Source: Carcharhinus amblyrhynchos
Lineage: Eukaryota
Assembly: GCA_965287045.1 (NCBI GenBank)
Contig: OZ336871.1
Span: forward strand, 58,032,001 to 58,096,000
DNA: 64,000 nt
Reading direction: 5' to 3'
Position 1 is the first letter of the stretch, and every line of letters begins with the position of its first letter. A program made the translations under genes and the position numbers. The notes under the pieces are model-generated. The model did not search any database, was not told the origin of the DNA, and saw only the letters and a program-made list of their open reading frames with translations. Shown here piece after piece: positions 24,690 through 36,879 of this stretch.

Positions 24690-26740
24690 ACCTCTCTCTT
24701 TGATTTATCATACCTTCTTTCACCCCACTATTTAGTTTTTCACCCTAATGGATTGAAGTTGTTGAACTCAATGTTGAGTCTGGAAGGCTGTAAAGTGCTA
24801 ATTGGAAGATGAACTGCTGTTCTCCCAGTTTGTGTTGGGCTTCACAGGAACATTGTTGCAGCCAAGGACAGAAATGTGAGCATGAGATCAAGATGGTGAA
24901 CTGGAAAGGCAAATTACAAGAAAGTCAAGATCATGCTTATGGACTGAACTGAGATGTTCCGCAAACTGGGCACCCAGTCTGCATTTCATCGAATCATAGA
25001 ATCCCTACAATGCAGAAAAAGGCCATTCGGCCCAACGAGTCTGCACCAACCACAATCTCATCCAGGCCCTATTCCCATAACCCCATGCATTTACCCTAGC
25101 TAGTCCCCCTGACGCGCAGGAGCAATTTAGCATTACCAATCCACTTAACCAGCACATCTTTGAACTGTGGGAGGAAACAGGAGTACCCAGAGGAAACCCA
25201 CATAGACACAGGGAGAAAGTGCAACCTCCACACAGACAGTGACCCAAGCCAGGAATCAAACCTGGGTCTCTGGTGCTGTGAGGCAGCAGTGCCACTGTAC
25301 TACTGTGCCATCCATTTGCTGGTGTAGAGACCAAACTGTGAGCAACTAATACAATTGTAAGAAATGCAAGCATATCACTGTTTCCCCTGGAAGAAGTACA
25401 TGGGGTGTTGACACTGATGAGGGAGGAGGGAAAGGAGTAGGAGTTACACCTTCTGCAATTGGATGGGTAGGTGATGTGGGAAGGGAATGGCATATTGGAT
25501 TGATGGTGGGGCGGACCAGGGTGTTGCTAAAGGAATATTCCCTTTGGAGTACTGATAGGGGAGCAGAAGGGAGGATGGGTTTGGTGATGGCATCATGCTG
25601 GAGGTTATGGAAATGACAGAGGATGATCTTTTGAATACGGAGGCTGGTGGGCTGGGAAATGAGGACAAGGGGAGTCCTATCATGGTTCTAGGACAGAAGT
25701 GGAATTATGGGAGATGGGTTGGACATGGTTGAGGCTCCTGTCAATCACAATGGGGGAATCCTTGACTGACGAAAAAGGGAGACATGTTGGAAATGGTGTT
25801 ATAGAAGGCTGCATCATCTGAACAGATGCCTTGGATGTGGAGAAACTGGGAGAATGGAATGGAGTGCTTGCAGGAAGCAGGTTGTGAGGAAGTATAGTTA
25901 TGGTAACTGTGGGAAGTGGTGGGATTGTGAATATTAATTGACAGTCTCGTACCAGAAATGGAGGGAGAGAAGTAAAGAAAGGGAAGGGAAGTTGGAGATG
26001 GATAATATGAAGGTGATAGAGGGTGGACATTGGAAGCAAAACTGATTAATTTTTCCAGCTTTGGATGAAAACAGGAAGTGACACTGACTGAATTATCAAT
26101 GGACTAGAAAAAAAGTTGTGAGAGGGGGCCTGAAGGACTGGAATGAAGAATGTAACACATACCCCAAAATAAGACAGACTTAACTGGAGCCCATGCAGAT
26201 ACCTATAGTCACACTTTTCATTTGGAAGAAGTGAGAGAAGTTAAGGAGATGTTGTTCACTGAGAAGACAAGCTCAGATGAGCAATGAAGGGTAATCATGG
26301 ATGGGGATTGTTTGGGCCTCTGTTCACAGAAGAATCGCAGAAGCCTTAGGCCATCCTGGTGGAGGATGGCAGTTAGCATCAGGGAACTGGATATTGTTGA
26401 AATGATATAGGGATTAGAAGAATTGCAAAGATGGGAAGAAACTTGGTGAGGGGAGAAGAAATATGGTTACGATAAAAATAAATAAGTTTAGCCGGGCAGG
26501 AACAGGTTGAATTGAAGGCCCCATTTGTAGATTTTGGGAGAGTAGAAGGGGGCTGTTTGGAGTTGGAGGATTATGAGGTGGGAATCTGTGGAAGGAAGAT
26601 CTGTAAAGGAGATGAGGTAAGTGACAGGTGCAGAAAGAGTGGTTTGATGTTCAGTGGTGGGGTAATGGGTCCAGGGGAAGGAAGGAAGAAATATCCAAGC
26701 GTTGACGCTCAACCTCTGTAAAGTAGCGATCAGTACAACA
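24690..26740 (-). mobile_element. Decayed Penelope-like element (RT and GIY-YIG regions)
   Basis: Minus strand at ~26170-26240 resembles the PLE RT motif HFLQ.KGV.MG..MGP.YA.LF.G; CxRC motif near 25450; C-terminal 'cctaatggattg' region. Confidence 0.7.
24990..25310 (-). mobile_element. HE1-like V-SINE with CR1-type tail
   Basis: Full head, V-domain and (ATTCTATG) tail. Confidence 0.9.
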
Positions 26741-28155
26741 GCTGCCCCAGGTTTGATCAGGGTTAGACCTGAGAGAACTGTATACAGCAAGTTCAGGGAG
26801 AGTTTTACGTACTATTGTGGCATCACGTTTTACTATGTCTTTTGCTCTGCTACCAGTTGTTGCAGTCATGTGTAGTCCATTCCACACATTTGATATATTT
26901 ATCAACACCAGTCCATAGCTTTGAGCACAGTTATTTCCATCAGGTGGAATGCTATGAGTCCAAATATAATTCAGGATCGATCTGAGCTTCTTCTAAATAA
27001 AATGTGAAAAGTTATGAGTTGAGTTGCAAATGTAACTTTGTCACGAAGATTTGTCCTGTCCATATGAACAGCAAAACCAGATCCCTCTCCCTCCCTAACC
27101 TCCATTATGTCTCATCTTTCTGTGTTCTTTGAGCTATTTTACTTACTGCTGCAGGAATCCATTCAGTGATAAGTCTGTTTCAAATTCTAGCGAAGCACAA
27201 ATAAATTGGAGGTCTCTGGCCTCCCCCCCACTGGGACTAGAATCCAGCTGAAAAATACATAATGATAAGTCTCCTGTCTATAATGGCCCACTAAGGTACC
27301 TAAGTAAAATTAATTTGAAAAGTCTTAACCCAATTCCCAGTGGGTAAAAGACAAGAGTGCAAGAATTAGCACAACTTATTGATAATAATTTTGACAGCAT
27401 CCTGCAGGCTGGACATTGTAGCAGATGAAATTATCCATTATTCAATAGATGTTACCTTTTTTGTGATTGCAGACATAGGAACGAAAGTTTCAAACAATCC
27501 ACGTCAGACTGGATTTGTGAACAATTAAAGCTAACTTCTTCATGTTCAAAGAGAATAGGTGTTTGATTCTGTTGCATTCTATTCTGCTGCACTTTGTTCT
27601 CTTTCTGCTTAATAAACCCCGCCAGCTGAATAAATGTAAATTTCACCAGAAACAAACCATTTAAGTTCTAGGTAGGATGCCAGTGTAAGCCAGTAGAAGA
27701 ACATTCAAAATTTAATTTCATTTTTCATCCAGTTATCAATTTCTGTTACAAATATCAGAATAAGTAAAAAGCTTAATTTTTATTTTTGCTGAATGAATCA
27801 TTTGCTAAAAGTTAATGAAAGAACTGGGAGACTTGGGTGAAATTAAGTTCAGTGGCACACATTTTGTGACACTCCTTAAGGTTCCAAACTAACATCTGTA
27901 GCGTGCGCATGCACATTTCTGATGTGAAGAATGTTGAAGCCCATATTTGTAAAGGAGTTAGTGCATACAGACCTAGGGTGGAATTTAGTTTAGGCAACTG
28001 GGCTCTCACCCACCGCTGGAGAGCCAGCAAGACCCCTGCATCACCTTTTTTCAGGAATGCCTGCTGAATTAAGTGCTAATCAGGCACTTCATTTGGCAGC
28101 GGCGAGCCTTCCATGGGGATGGAAGCCCCGTTTGCTAAACACCACTGGCCACTCA

Positions 28156-28615
28156 GATGCTGGCGTTGGATTGGGGTAAACACAGTTAGAAGTCTCACAA
28201 CACCAGGTTAAAGTCCAACAAGTTTATTTGGTAGAAAAAGCCACTAGCTTTCGGAGCACTGCTCCTTCATCAGGTGAGTGGGATTTAAGTTCACAAACAG
28301 GGCATATCGAGACACAAACTCAATTTACAAAATAATGGTTGGAATGTGAGTCTTAAAGGTACGGACAATGTGAGTGGAGAGAGGGTTAAACACAGGTTGA
28401 AGAGATATGTATTGTCTCCAGTCAGGACAGTTGGTGAGATTTTGCAAGCCTGGGCAAGTCATGGAGCTTACAGATAATGTGGCATAAGCCCAAGATTCTG
28501 GTTGATGCCGCCCTCATGTGTGCGGAACTTGGCTATCAATCTCTGCTCAGTGACTCTGCATTGTTGAATGTCATGAAGGCCACCTTGGATAATGCTTACC
28601 TGAAGATCACAGGCA
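28156..28615 (-). mobile_element. Penelope-like element 3' end with terminal repeat
   Basis: Minus strand reads DLQVSIIQGGLHD..EQRLIAKFRTHEGGINQNLG..HYL* (PLE C-terminal GLN-type motif), followed by the terminal repeat. Confidence 0.85.
28242..28276 (-). ncRNA. Minimal type I hammerhead ribozyme motif
   Basis: Minus strand cac-CTGATGA-a-ggagc-agt-gctcc-GAA-AGCT-A-gtg: intact core, 5-bp stem II, palindromic stem III, 3-bp stem I. Confidence 0.75.
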
Positions 28616-28699
28616 GTCAGAAGCCAGAAGCTCTTCATTGTTTGACAATACCACCAAGAAGGTGGTAGTTGTTGCCAGTACTACACCCACACAAGACAT

Positions 28700-28934
28700 T
28701 GGATTGCTGAACAGCTTCTTCCCGCTGCCATTAGATTTCTGAGTGGACTCACCTTATACAAATCTAATCTTTCTCTACACCCTAGCTGTGACTGTAACAC
28801 TATAGTCTGCACTGTCTCCTTTACTTTTCCCCTATGTACTCTACGAACGGTATGTTTGGTCTGTATAGCACAAGAAACAATGCTTTTCACTATCTCAATA
28901 CATATGAAAATAAATTAGATCAAATCAAATCAAA
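28700..28934 (+). mobile_element. Rex1/Babar-type LINE 3' tip
   Basis: NSFFPAAIRFL and 3' UTR with (CAAAT)n tail. Confidence 0.8.
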
Positions 28935-29774
28935 AGCCAATCAAGTAGTATAAGCTCAGGAGTTTGCTCGGATTGCAGTTTCACCATGGTGCACGGTGCC
29001 ATTGGCTCCACACACGTTGCTTTAAGTGTGTCTCATGTCACTCTGCTATAATCCTGAACCGAAAGGAATTCCATTCCCTTAATCTGCAACTGGTCTGTGA
29101 ACTTAAGTAGCAAATCATGCAGGCCAGTGGCTGGTATCTTGGCAGCAGCCGTGATGCATTCATTCTGTGATAGTCCACTGTGGCACTTGTACTTCCGAGA
29201 GGGAAATGTGTTAGTGAGTATTCTATTTGATGTGACTGACATGTTAAATAGCTACCAGCGTAGCACACAGAAATCATTATAATGAGCAGGCAGCACCAAG
29301 TTGAGGTTTTGCCTGCATTACATTGAGTGGATGCTGGTTAATCGTGTATCACAATTTCTGTGTCCACTCGGGGAATGTGCAACTTCATCCCCCAAGACTG
29401 TTATCAACCTAATTGAAACATAAAACATACCAATTACAAGCATCAAAAAGAGATGTCCAGTCCATTCAGCTCATTCATCCATTGCATTAATCCAGATAAT
29501 TAAACTGAATCTACCAAAACAACTCTTCATATTAATCAAAATATAAAGCTGCAGTTATCTTCAAAGAACAAAGCCATAAGTTTGTATTTCCTGTAGTTGC
29601 TGGAATTCACCCAGTTATGTTTAAAACAATTGTTCCTACTAGTCCTACAAAGTTGTTGGGTGGAATTTTCCCACATCGCCCACTACGGGAATTGTAAATG
29701 TCTGTTGATCTCGGGTGGCATTTTCTGGCCTTAGGGTGAGCACAGCTGGAGAGTCTGGCATTGTCTATGGGTTT

Positions 29775-30140
29775 TTTTTTAATTCATTCGTGGGACATGG
29801 GTACTGCTGGCATTTGTTACCCAAGCCTAGTCGCTCAAGAGCAGTTGAGAGTCAACTATATTGCTGTGTGTCTGGAATCACATGTAGGCCAGACCAGGCA
29901 AGGAAAGCAGATTTCCTTCCCTGAAGGACATCAGTGAACTAGTTGGGCTTTTCCCGTCAATCGACAATGGTTTCATGATCATAAGTAGATGCTTAATTCC
30001 ACATATTTTTTATTGAATTCAAATTTCACCATCTGTCGTGACGGGATTCAAACCTGGGTACCCAAAATATTAGCTGAGTTTCTGGATGAATAGTCTAGTC
30101 TAGAATAGTTGAGTGATAATACCAGTAAGCTATCGCCTCC
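29775..30140 (-). mobile_element. tRNA-derived SINE (52556 family)
   Basis: Reverse complement matches 52556-52900 including B box gggtttgaatccc. Confidence 0.8.
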
Positions 30141-30141
30141 C

Positions 30142-30390
30142 CATGGTGACCATCGAACTATCAATGAATGTTGTAAAAACCCATTAAGTTCACTAATGGC
30201 CTTTTGGGAAGGAAATCTGTGGTTGTTACCTGGTCTAGCCATACATATGACTCCAAATTCACAGCAATGTGATTGACGTATAACTGCTCTCTGATAAGCT
30301 GAACAAGCCACTCAGTTCAAGTCCAATTAAGATGGAAAACATAGCTGGCCTTGCCAGTGATTTCTCCCATCCCATGAAAGATTTTTTTTA
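30142..30390 (+). mobile_element. tRNA-derived SINE 3' part, opposite orientation to its neighbour
   Basis: 'aaaacccatt..ttcactaatg..gggaaggaaatc..gctggccttgccagtga..catcccatga'. Confidence 0.75.
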
Positions 30391-31006
30391 AAAAGAGCAA
30401 TAGATATAAAATTAACATATATATTGACCAGGTAGCATAGTTGTTAGTAAACCTTTCTCTTACCTTTGATTCTTGGTTTGACCTCAATCTTCTGTCTAAC
30501 GGCAAGAGCATTGTGAGGTGTGTTTCAGCCAATTTCTGTCCAGTTTCTAGCAGCTATCCAAGTACAACGCATTTACTATGAAGTAGAAATTGTTATTGTA
30601 ACTCTAACAATAATGGTGAGAGGAATGCAAAGAGGCACAGCACTGCAGGAAAGGGTACACTTGGAATAAATGGATTCAAATATTAAGATTAAGGCACATT
30701 CATGGGGCAAAGAAAATCAGGTTAAGTCTACTGACATACACTCCAAGTGAAAGATTGATCAGAAAACTTGCAGTGAAGAGCATTCAGGTCAGGTAAAATG
30801 AGTGGTTAGATATGAGCAGGAAGCAACTAGTCCATGTTAGAAGAGTTAAGTCAGGGTGGGGGATAGAAATGAAGGGGATGCTGTTGAAATGTTGATTCTG
30901 CCTCAGTAACTGATATTACTGACTTGCATTCAGAAACTCAACGTCAAAATCATGAATGATACCAAAGAAGGAGGCACTCTTGAATTTGGCAATCTGAGAA
31001 ATAGAG

Positions 31007-31285
31007 TTAAAGTTTATTTATTCGTTACAAATAAGGCTTACATTAATACTGCAATGAAGTTCCTGTGAAATTCTCATAGTCGCCATACACTGGCATGCCT
31101 GTCAATGCACCTAACCAGCATGTCTTTGGATTGTAGGAGGAAACCAGAGCACCTGGAGGAAAGCCACACAGACATAGGGAGAACGTGCAGACTCCACACA
31201 GACAATGACCCAAGCTGGGAATCAAACCAGGGTCCCTGGTGCTGTGAGGCAGCAGTGCTAACCACTGTACTATCATGCCACCCGT
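31007..31285 (-). mobile_element. V-SINE, second tail type
   Basis: Head, V-domain and 'cttcattgcagtattaatgtaagcc' tail. Confidence 0.85.
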
Positions 31286-31359
31286 GGGTTACAAAATGAG
31301 TTAGCTAAATATGCAAGCAGGTGGATGAAAGATAAGGAAGGACAAATGTAAAATACCAC

Positions 31360-31550
31360 TTAGAATCATAGAATCATAGAATCCCTACATTGTAGAAGGA
31401 GGCCATCCGGCCCATTGAGTCTGTACTGACCATAATCCCATGTAGGCCCTATTCCCATAGCCCCACACATTTATTCTGCTAATCTCCTGACACTAGGTTC
31501 AATTTAGCATGGCCAATCAACCTATCCCTAATCCACACACCTTTGGACTT
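31360..31550 (-). mobile_element. HE1-like SINE 3' half
   Basis: (tagaatca)n tail and HE1 3' region. Confidence 0.8.
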
Positions 31551-31699
31551 CTTGGAAGAAAGAAAATCCACAGGATTACTGAATGAATGGCATTTAAATC
31601 TCCATTACTGAAGTCATTACAGATCTAGAGATTTTAATATATTCAATAGTCAACATGTCCAGTCATTGCAGAGCAGCTATCAACAAAGCAAATTGAATT

Positions 31700-31960
31700 T
31701 GAACTTTGGTGGACATATTTACAAGTTGGAAAGTGCTCTGGTCAGCCTATAACTATGTCCTCCATCAAGAGAGACGCTGAAACCTTGGAAGGAATTTGAG
31801 AGGAGTCATTATAATGAACTCTAGTATTGGAGAACTGAGTTATGAGAAAAGATGACAGAAAGTTGGGCTTTTCTGCTCTAAAGGAATTATTTGAGAGATG
31901 CCTCGACAGAGACATGCCACAACATTAGAAAATCCAGAGCAAATAAAGCTAATTTGACCT
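31700..31960 (+). mobile_element. Old CR1 C-terminal fragment
   Basis: 'gagacgctgaaaccttggaagg..ctgagttatgagaaaaga..aagttgggctttt' (LSYEKR..KLGLF). Confidence 0.5.
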
Positions 31961-32811
31961 GTGAAACCTACTTCATTCAGGGCCAGGCTAAAGTAACAGT
32001 TCTATTCTGAGGTATCAGATACCTCCCATTTCGATGCCTCCTGCCTTTATAATCCTCAAACCCTTAACTCAGCAGGCAACAGATCCAATTCCTTTACAAA
32101 TTGACTCAGAGCCTTTCCAGACAATAGCTGCCACTTAGAGATAAAAAATTAGCTTTTATTTCTACATTTGTTCAGAGGCTTTTGATTTTGAATACCTTCT
32201 TAATATAAACTCATGTCTCGGTTAAACAACTTCTTCATTTCAGCCACAACTGTTTTGAAGACCCACATCGTGAAATTTCTTCACCCAAAGAGTGGTAGAG
32301 ATGTCAAAATCTGATAATAAGAGCTGTATATGAAAATGTTGCACCTACAAGTTGCTGATGACCTCAGAGACTGAACTCAGAGCCTGCACTTTTGTGTGAT
32401 GTTCCTCAAACACTGGTTCTTTTGAGGTAAGTATCTGTTATATTTGGGTCATGTAAATACAATGCCTTCTTTTGACCTTTACTGGTAAGATGGTACATCT
32501 TCATTAACACTCCCCGTTTCTCTCAGGTACCAGAATATCAGGCGACTCATGGGGGTTGTAGAAGCAAATGTTGCAGGGATGAGATTGAAGGGGGCGTGGC
32601 AGAGAAATATTGGGAGGATGTATGTGTGGTAATCCAGGATTGGGTTTGAATCCAGCCATTTCCATCTTCTCCTTGAGCTAAGGAGACAATGAAGGGCTGA
32701 AATGTTGTGGCTATTTTTGCTTCATTGGGATACCACCATTGTAGGTGCTTGGTTACTAACTAGTTACTTCAGTAACTAATACCAGTAACTAATGAGCCTC
32801 TGAACACACTA

Positions 32812-33448
32812 TCATAGAATCCCTACAGTGCAGAAGGAGGCCATTTGCCCCATCAAGTCTGCATTCACCTCTGAAAGAGCAGCTTACCCAGCCCCTCCTG
32901 CCTATCCCTGTAAATCCATGCATTTACCATGGCTAATCCATCCAACTGGTTGGCATGGTGGCACAGTGGTCAGCACTGCTGCCTGTGTTTAATTCCGACA
33001 TTGGGTGACCTGTGTGGAGTTGGCACATTCTTCCCATGTCTGTGTGGGTTTTCTTTGGGTGCTCTGGTTTCCTCCCATGATCCAAAGATGTGTAGGTTAA
33101 ATGAATTGGCTATGGTAAATGTGTGGGTTTAAAAACATAGAACCACATAAGATAGGAGCAGGAAGAGGCCATTTGGACTTTTGAGCCTGCTCTGCCATTC
33201 ATTACGATCATGGCTGATCATCCAACTCAATCGCCTAATCCTGCTTTTCCCCATAATCTTTGATCCCCTTCGCCCCAAGTTTATGGGGATGGCAGGGGGT
33301 AGAGGGCTGTCGGAGAGTTGGTCCAGACTCAATGGGCTGAATGGGCTCCTTCTACACTGAGGAGATTCGGTGATAACCCACATATCCCTGGACACTAAGG
33401 GGCAATTTAGCATGGCCAGTCGACCAAGCCTGCCCATCTTTGGACTGA
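32812..33448. mobile_element. Nested cluster: minus HE1 SINE split by a plus HE1 SINE, itself split by a CR1 tail (33131-33275)
   Basis: Minus SINE pieces 32812-32945 and 33375-33448; plus SINE pieces 32950-33130 and 33280-33372. Confidence 0.7.
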
Positions 33449-33960
33449 CTATCCCCTAGAACACAGTGTCTTCCTTGACATTCTTCCATGACATTCTTAT
33501 CTCCTTTTAGGTGAGGATACACTTTCTTGTGGCCTGACTCTCATGGACATTGTGTGTCAGTTTTGTCTGCTGTAAGTTTAAGAAAAATAAGGAGGTGTTT
33601 ATGCAGTTGAGTGTATGCCAAGTGCCATAGGAGAAGTGAAATATCAAATGTAGGGATAGAAGTCTATAAATATGATCAGGGAAAGTGATGATAATTAATA
33701 AAAAAAAGTATATCTTTGCTTTTCCATTTATTCTTGTTTTAGTTTTTTTGGGTTTACTTCAAATTTTTGATCCTTTTAATTGCTTGTTTGTCAGTGACCA
33801 CAATTCACTGAAATCTTGATTTCAGAATAATCTGCATAATACAGATGTTGTTGTAATATATTTAGTTACACTTTATTTCAGTTTTCAGGACTGCCTCTGC
33901 TGCCATGAAACACAGGGAGTATTGCACAGAAAATCCCACCTCATGGTTCTCTGAATCATT

Positions 33961-34086
33961 GGGCGGAATTTTACAAGCCTGTCGTGGTGGGCCGGGGCTG
34001 GAAAGTGCAGAGAACCATTCAAAATTCCATTAACTTCAGCGGGAATGGAAGATGCTGCTAGTGGGAAGGGCTTTAAAATTCCACCT
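33961..34086. mobile_element. 126-bp MITE, probably PIF/Harbinger
   Basis: TIRs gggcggaatttta / taaaattccacct (11/13); 3-bp ATT on both flanks (33958-33960, 34087-34089). Confidence 0.6.
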
Positions 34087-34164
34087 ATTGCGTCAGAATG
34101 CCTGTTGTGTTCAACGTTATTTCTAGTGGTTGCATGAACCTTCCTGACTTTAATGTTTGATGAT

Positions 34165-34448
34165 TATTGTATTAGTGTCACAAGTAGGCTTACATTAACA
34201 CTGCAATGAAGTTACTGTGAAAATCCCCTAGTTGCCACACTCTAGCGCATGTTTGGGTACACTGGGGGAGAATTTAGCATTGCCGATGTACCTAACCAGC
34301 ATGTCTTTGGACTGCGGGAGGAAACCGGAGCACCTGGAGGAAACCTACACAGACACAGGGAAAATGTGCAGACTCCGTACAGACAGTGATCGAAGCCCGT
34401 AATTGAGCTGGGTCCCAAGTGCTAACCACTGTGCCACCAGGCCGCCCT
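34165..34448 (-). mobile_element. V-SINE, second tail type
   Basis: Matches the 7078 family. Confidence 0.85.
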
Positions 34449-35287
34449 TTGAACTTTACATTCTGTCCTGGCTGCCTGGAAAATGTCAAGAGCTTTATAA
34501 TATTTTTTAGAAGCTATGCTTTATTTATAATATTTCCTTCAAATAATACAGACACAGAAGACTACATTCAAACAGAGGAATCATGACTGCTCCTGGATTT
34601 GGGGCATTGAATTGATCCTGATCACTGATCATTAGCTCACTGAAGGTTACAAGATGTTGCAGTCCATGAATGCCTTGGGATTACATACAGGACCTGCATG
34701 ACCACATAAGTGCCATCAGTCTTGCTTTGGAACATGGGGCATCCTGCAGAAAAATTACAATGACCTATCTGTTTTCCTTGTGGGAAGGTGCTTTCCTTGT
34801 TGAATAACACACAACAATATTCCATGTGATGCTTCTGTGTCTCAGAGATTGATAAATGTTGTTGGCGTCTTCTAAGTTAGCTTGCAATGAACTGGAAGCA
34901 GCAAAGTTCAGCAGTGTGATCACCTTCAATACTATGAAATCCTATCCCTATTTTCCTATGTTGCCTGTGGCCTGGATTCCAGTAGATGGCACAATTTAAT
35001 CTCTTTAGTAAAGCACACACAATCTACTAAAACAAATCTGCTCAGATTTTCACAGATGAAAGCGCATGTGTCTGGATAAGTGGACAATCCATCTTTGGTA
35101 AAAGCAAGCCTGCCTTTCATCCATCTCTTCATCTTCTAAATCCAAAAATCAAAATCAAAGATTTGAGTTCAAAGTCTGTGGGCAAGTTCAATTCAAATGT
35201 CCTGGTAACTTTACCAATGAGTTTTCCAAACACATTAAATCAACATCTTAAATTCTAGGACTTGTTAACACTTTTGATCCATCCAGG

Positions 35288-35567
35288 GGGCTGCATGATG
35301 GCACAGTGTTTAGCATTGCTGCCCCACAGTGCCAGGGACCCAGGTTTAATTCTGGCCTTGGATCAGAAGTGGAGTTTACACATTTTCCCTGTGTCTGCAT
35401 GGGTTTCCTCTGGGTGCTCCGGTTTCCTCCCGTGGTCCAAAGATGCGTGGGTTAGGTTGGTTGGCCTTGTTAAATTGACTCTGGTGTTAGTAGGGGATTA
35501 GTAGGGTAAATATGTAGGATTACAGGAATAGGGTCCATGTGAGATTGTGGTCAGGATTCTATGATTC
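35288..35567 (+). mobile_element. HE1-like V-SINE
   Basis: Head, V-domain, tail 'ggattctatgattc'. Confidence 0.85.
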
Positions 35568-36879
35568 AATTGTCTTTGGAAACATGCTGATTGTTTCATT
35601 CTCATTTTTGAACATTTAGAAGATGACATTACCTGCTGCAAAAGACCCTTTTTAGTCAAACAGAAATTCCCCACCATTATATCTGCAGGAAATTGATGTC
35701 CCTAACCAACTCATAGCTCAGATACTGAACTCTTTTTTGTACTTATAATTAAAAATGCATGTAACTTAGAGAATGATGAGGGGCTCCGCCTGACATTGAG
35801 TGAGGCAAGATGGTAACATTGTGTGAGAGGAGAAACATCTTCTCATTTCACACCATCTTATTGGCTCTGTTTTGCTGGTGAAATTGGCTTTGGTCCAACA
35901 GAAATGTTAATGACATGCGGGGGAGGGGGAAGGACTGACATAGGCAGCAATCAGCAGGAGGGGTGGCAATGTCCATGGGGCAGGTCAGGGGGGTTGGGGT
36001 TGGCAGGAGCCCTGCCATTGCACTGGGAGATCAGAGTGTCTGCACAATGCCCCTCTCCCCCTGCCCGCCATGCACTCTGCAACTGGCTTCACCAGCCCCC
36101 ACCGGTGGGAATTGCTTCCAGGCTGAGTGCCGTAAGATTGCGACTTGTTGCTTGCTGAAGGAACCAGTACCATTCTCTCCTGTTTTCTTGTTTGATTGGC
36201 ATTTCAAATCTTTTTGTAAGATCGCGTCCAAAGACACTTGGTTCGAAGTACAGCCCTCTTTTTAATCTCCAATCTGCAATCTGATAAAACTATACACACT
36301 AGTGTCACAGGAAATACACGTGTTGAGTGAGACAATAATAGACTTTTCTTTACAAAGTCTTCACAGAAATGTGGAACTTAAGATGCCCACAATATGAAAA
36401 GCTTTTTCTCCCAGTCTCCAGAATGTTTCCAGCATTTTCTCGTCCTATATGAAATGCACTTTATCCTGATGTCTGAACTGTATAGGCCTGAATGTTCCAG
36501 CTCTGATCCATAGAGTGTGCTGTTAGCTGACCCCAGACAGTTCATAAGTGCCCTCAACGTTCTTGGGCTAGAAAGGGGAAAACTGCCTATACCTTAAAAT
36601 ATATTAATAGCCATGGAATGGCTCTCACTGGCAATTTTGCCCAGATTTTCTTTTTTCTAGCGGACGAGAACGGAAGTGGGATTTCTGAATTTACTGTGGC
36701 CATAAATCATTTATTTGAGTCAGGATTTATTACGCATGGGGGTGGACCCCTAGGGTGATTTGTGCCACTGGGATCAAGCCCCAGTGCTCAAGACGGATGA
36801 GAGACCAAATCAAGAATGGAAGGGACTGGATTTTTAGAAGTGCCCCAAAGATCCAAAGAGTTTTTTTTATTTCAGCCCT

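Noticed and set aside
32752-32795. Small hairpin and direct repeats of cagtaactaat
   Set aside because: Too short; consistent with local slippage
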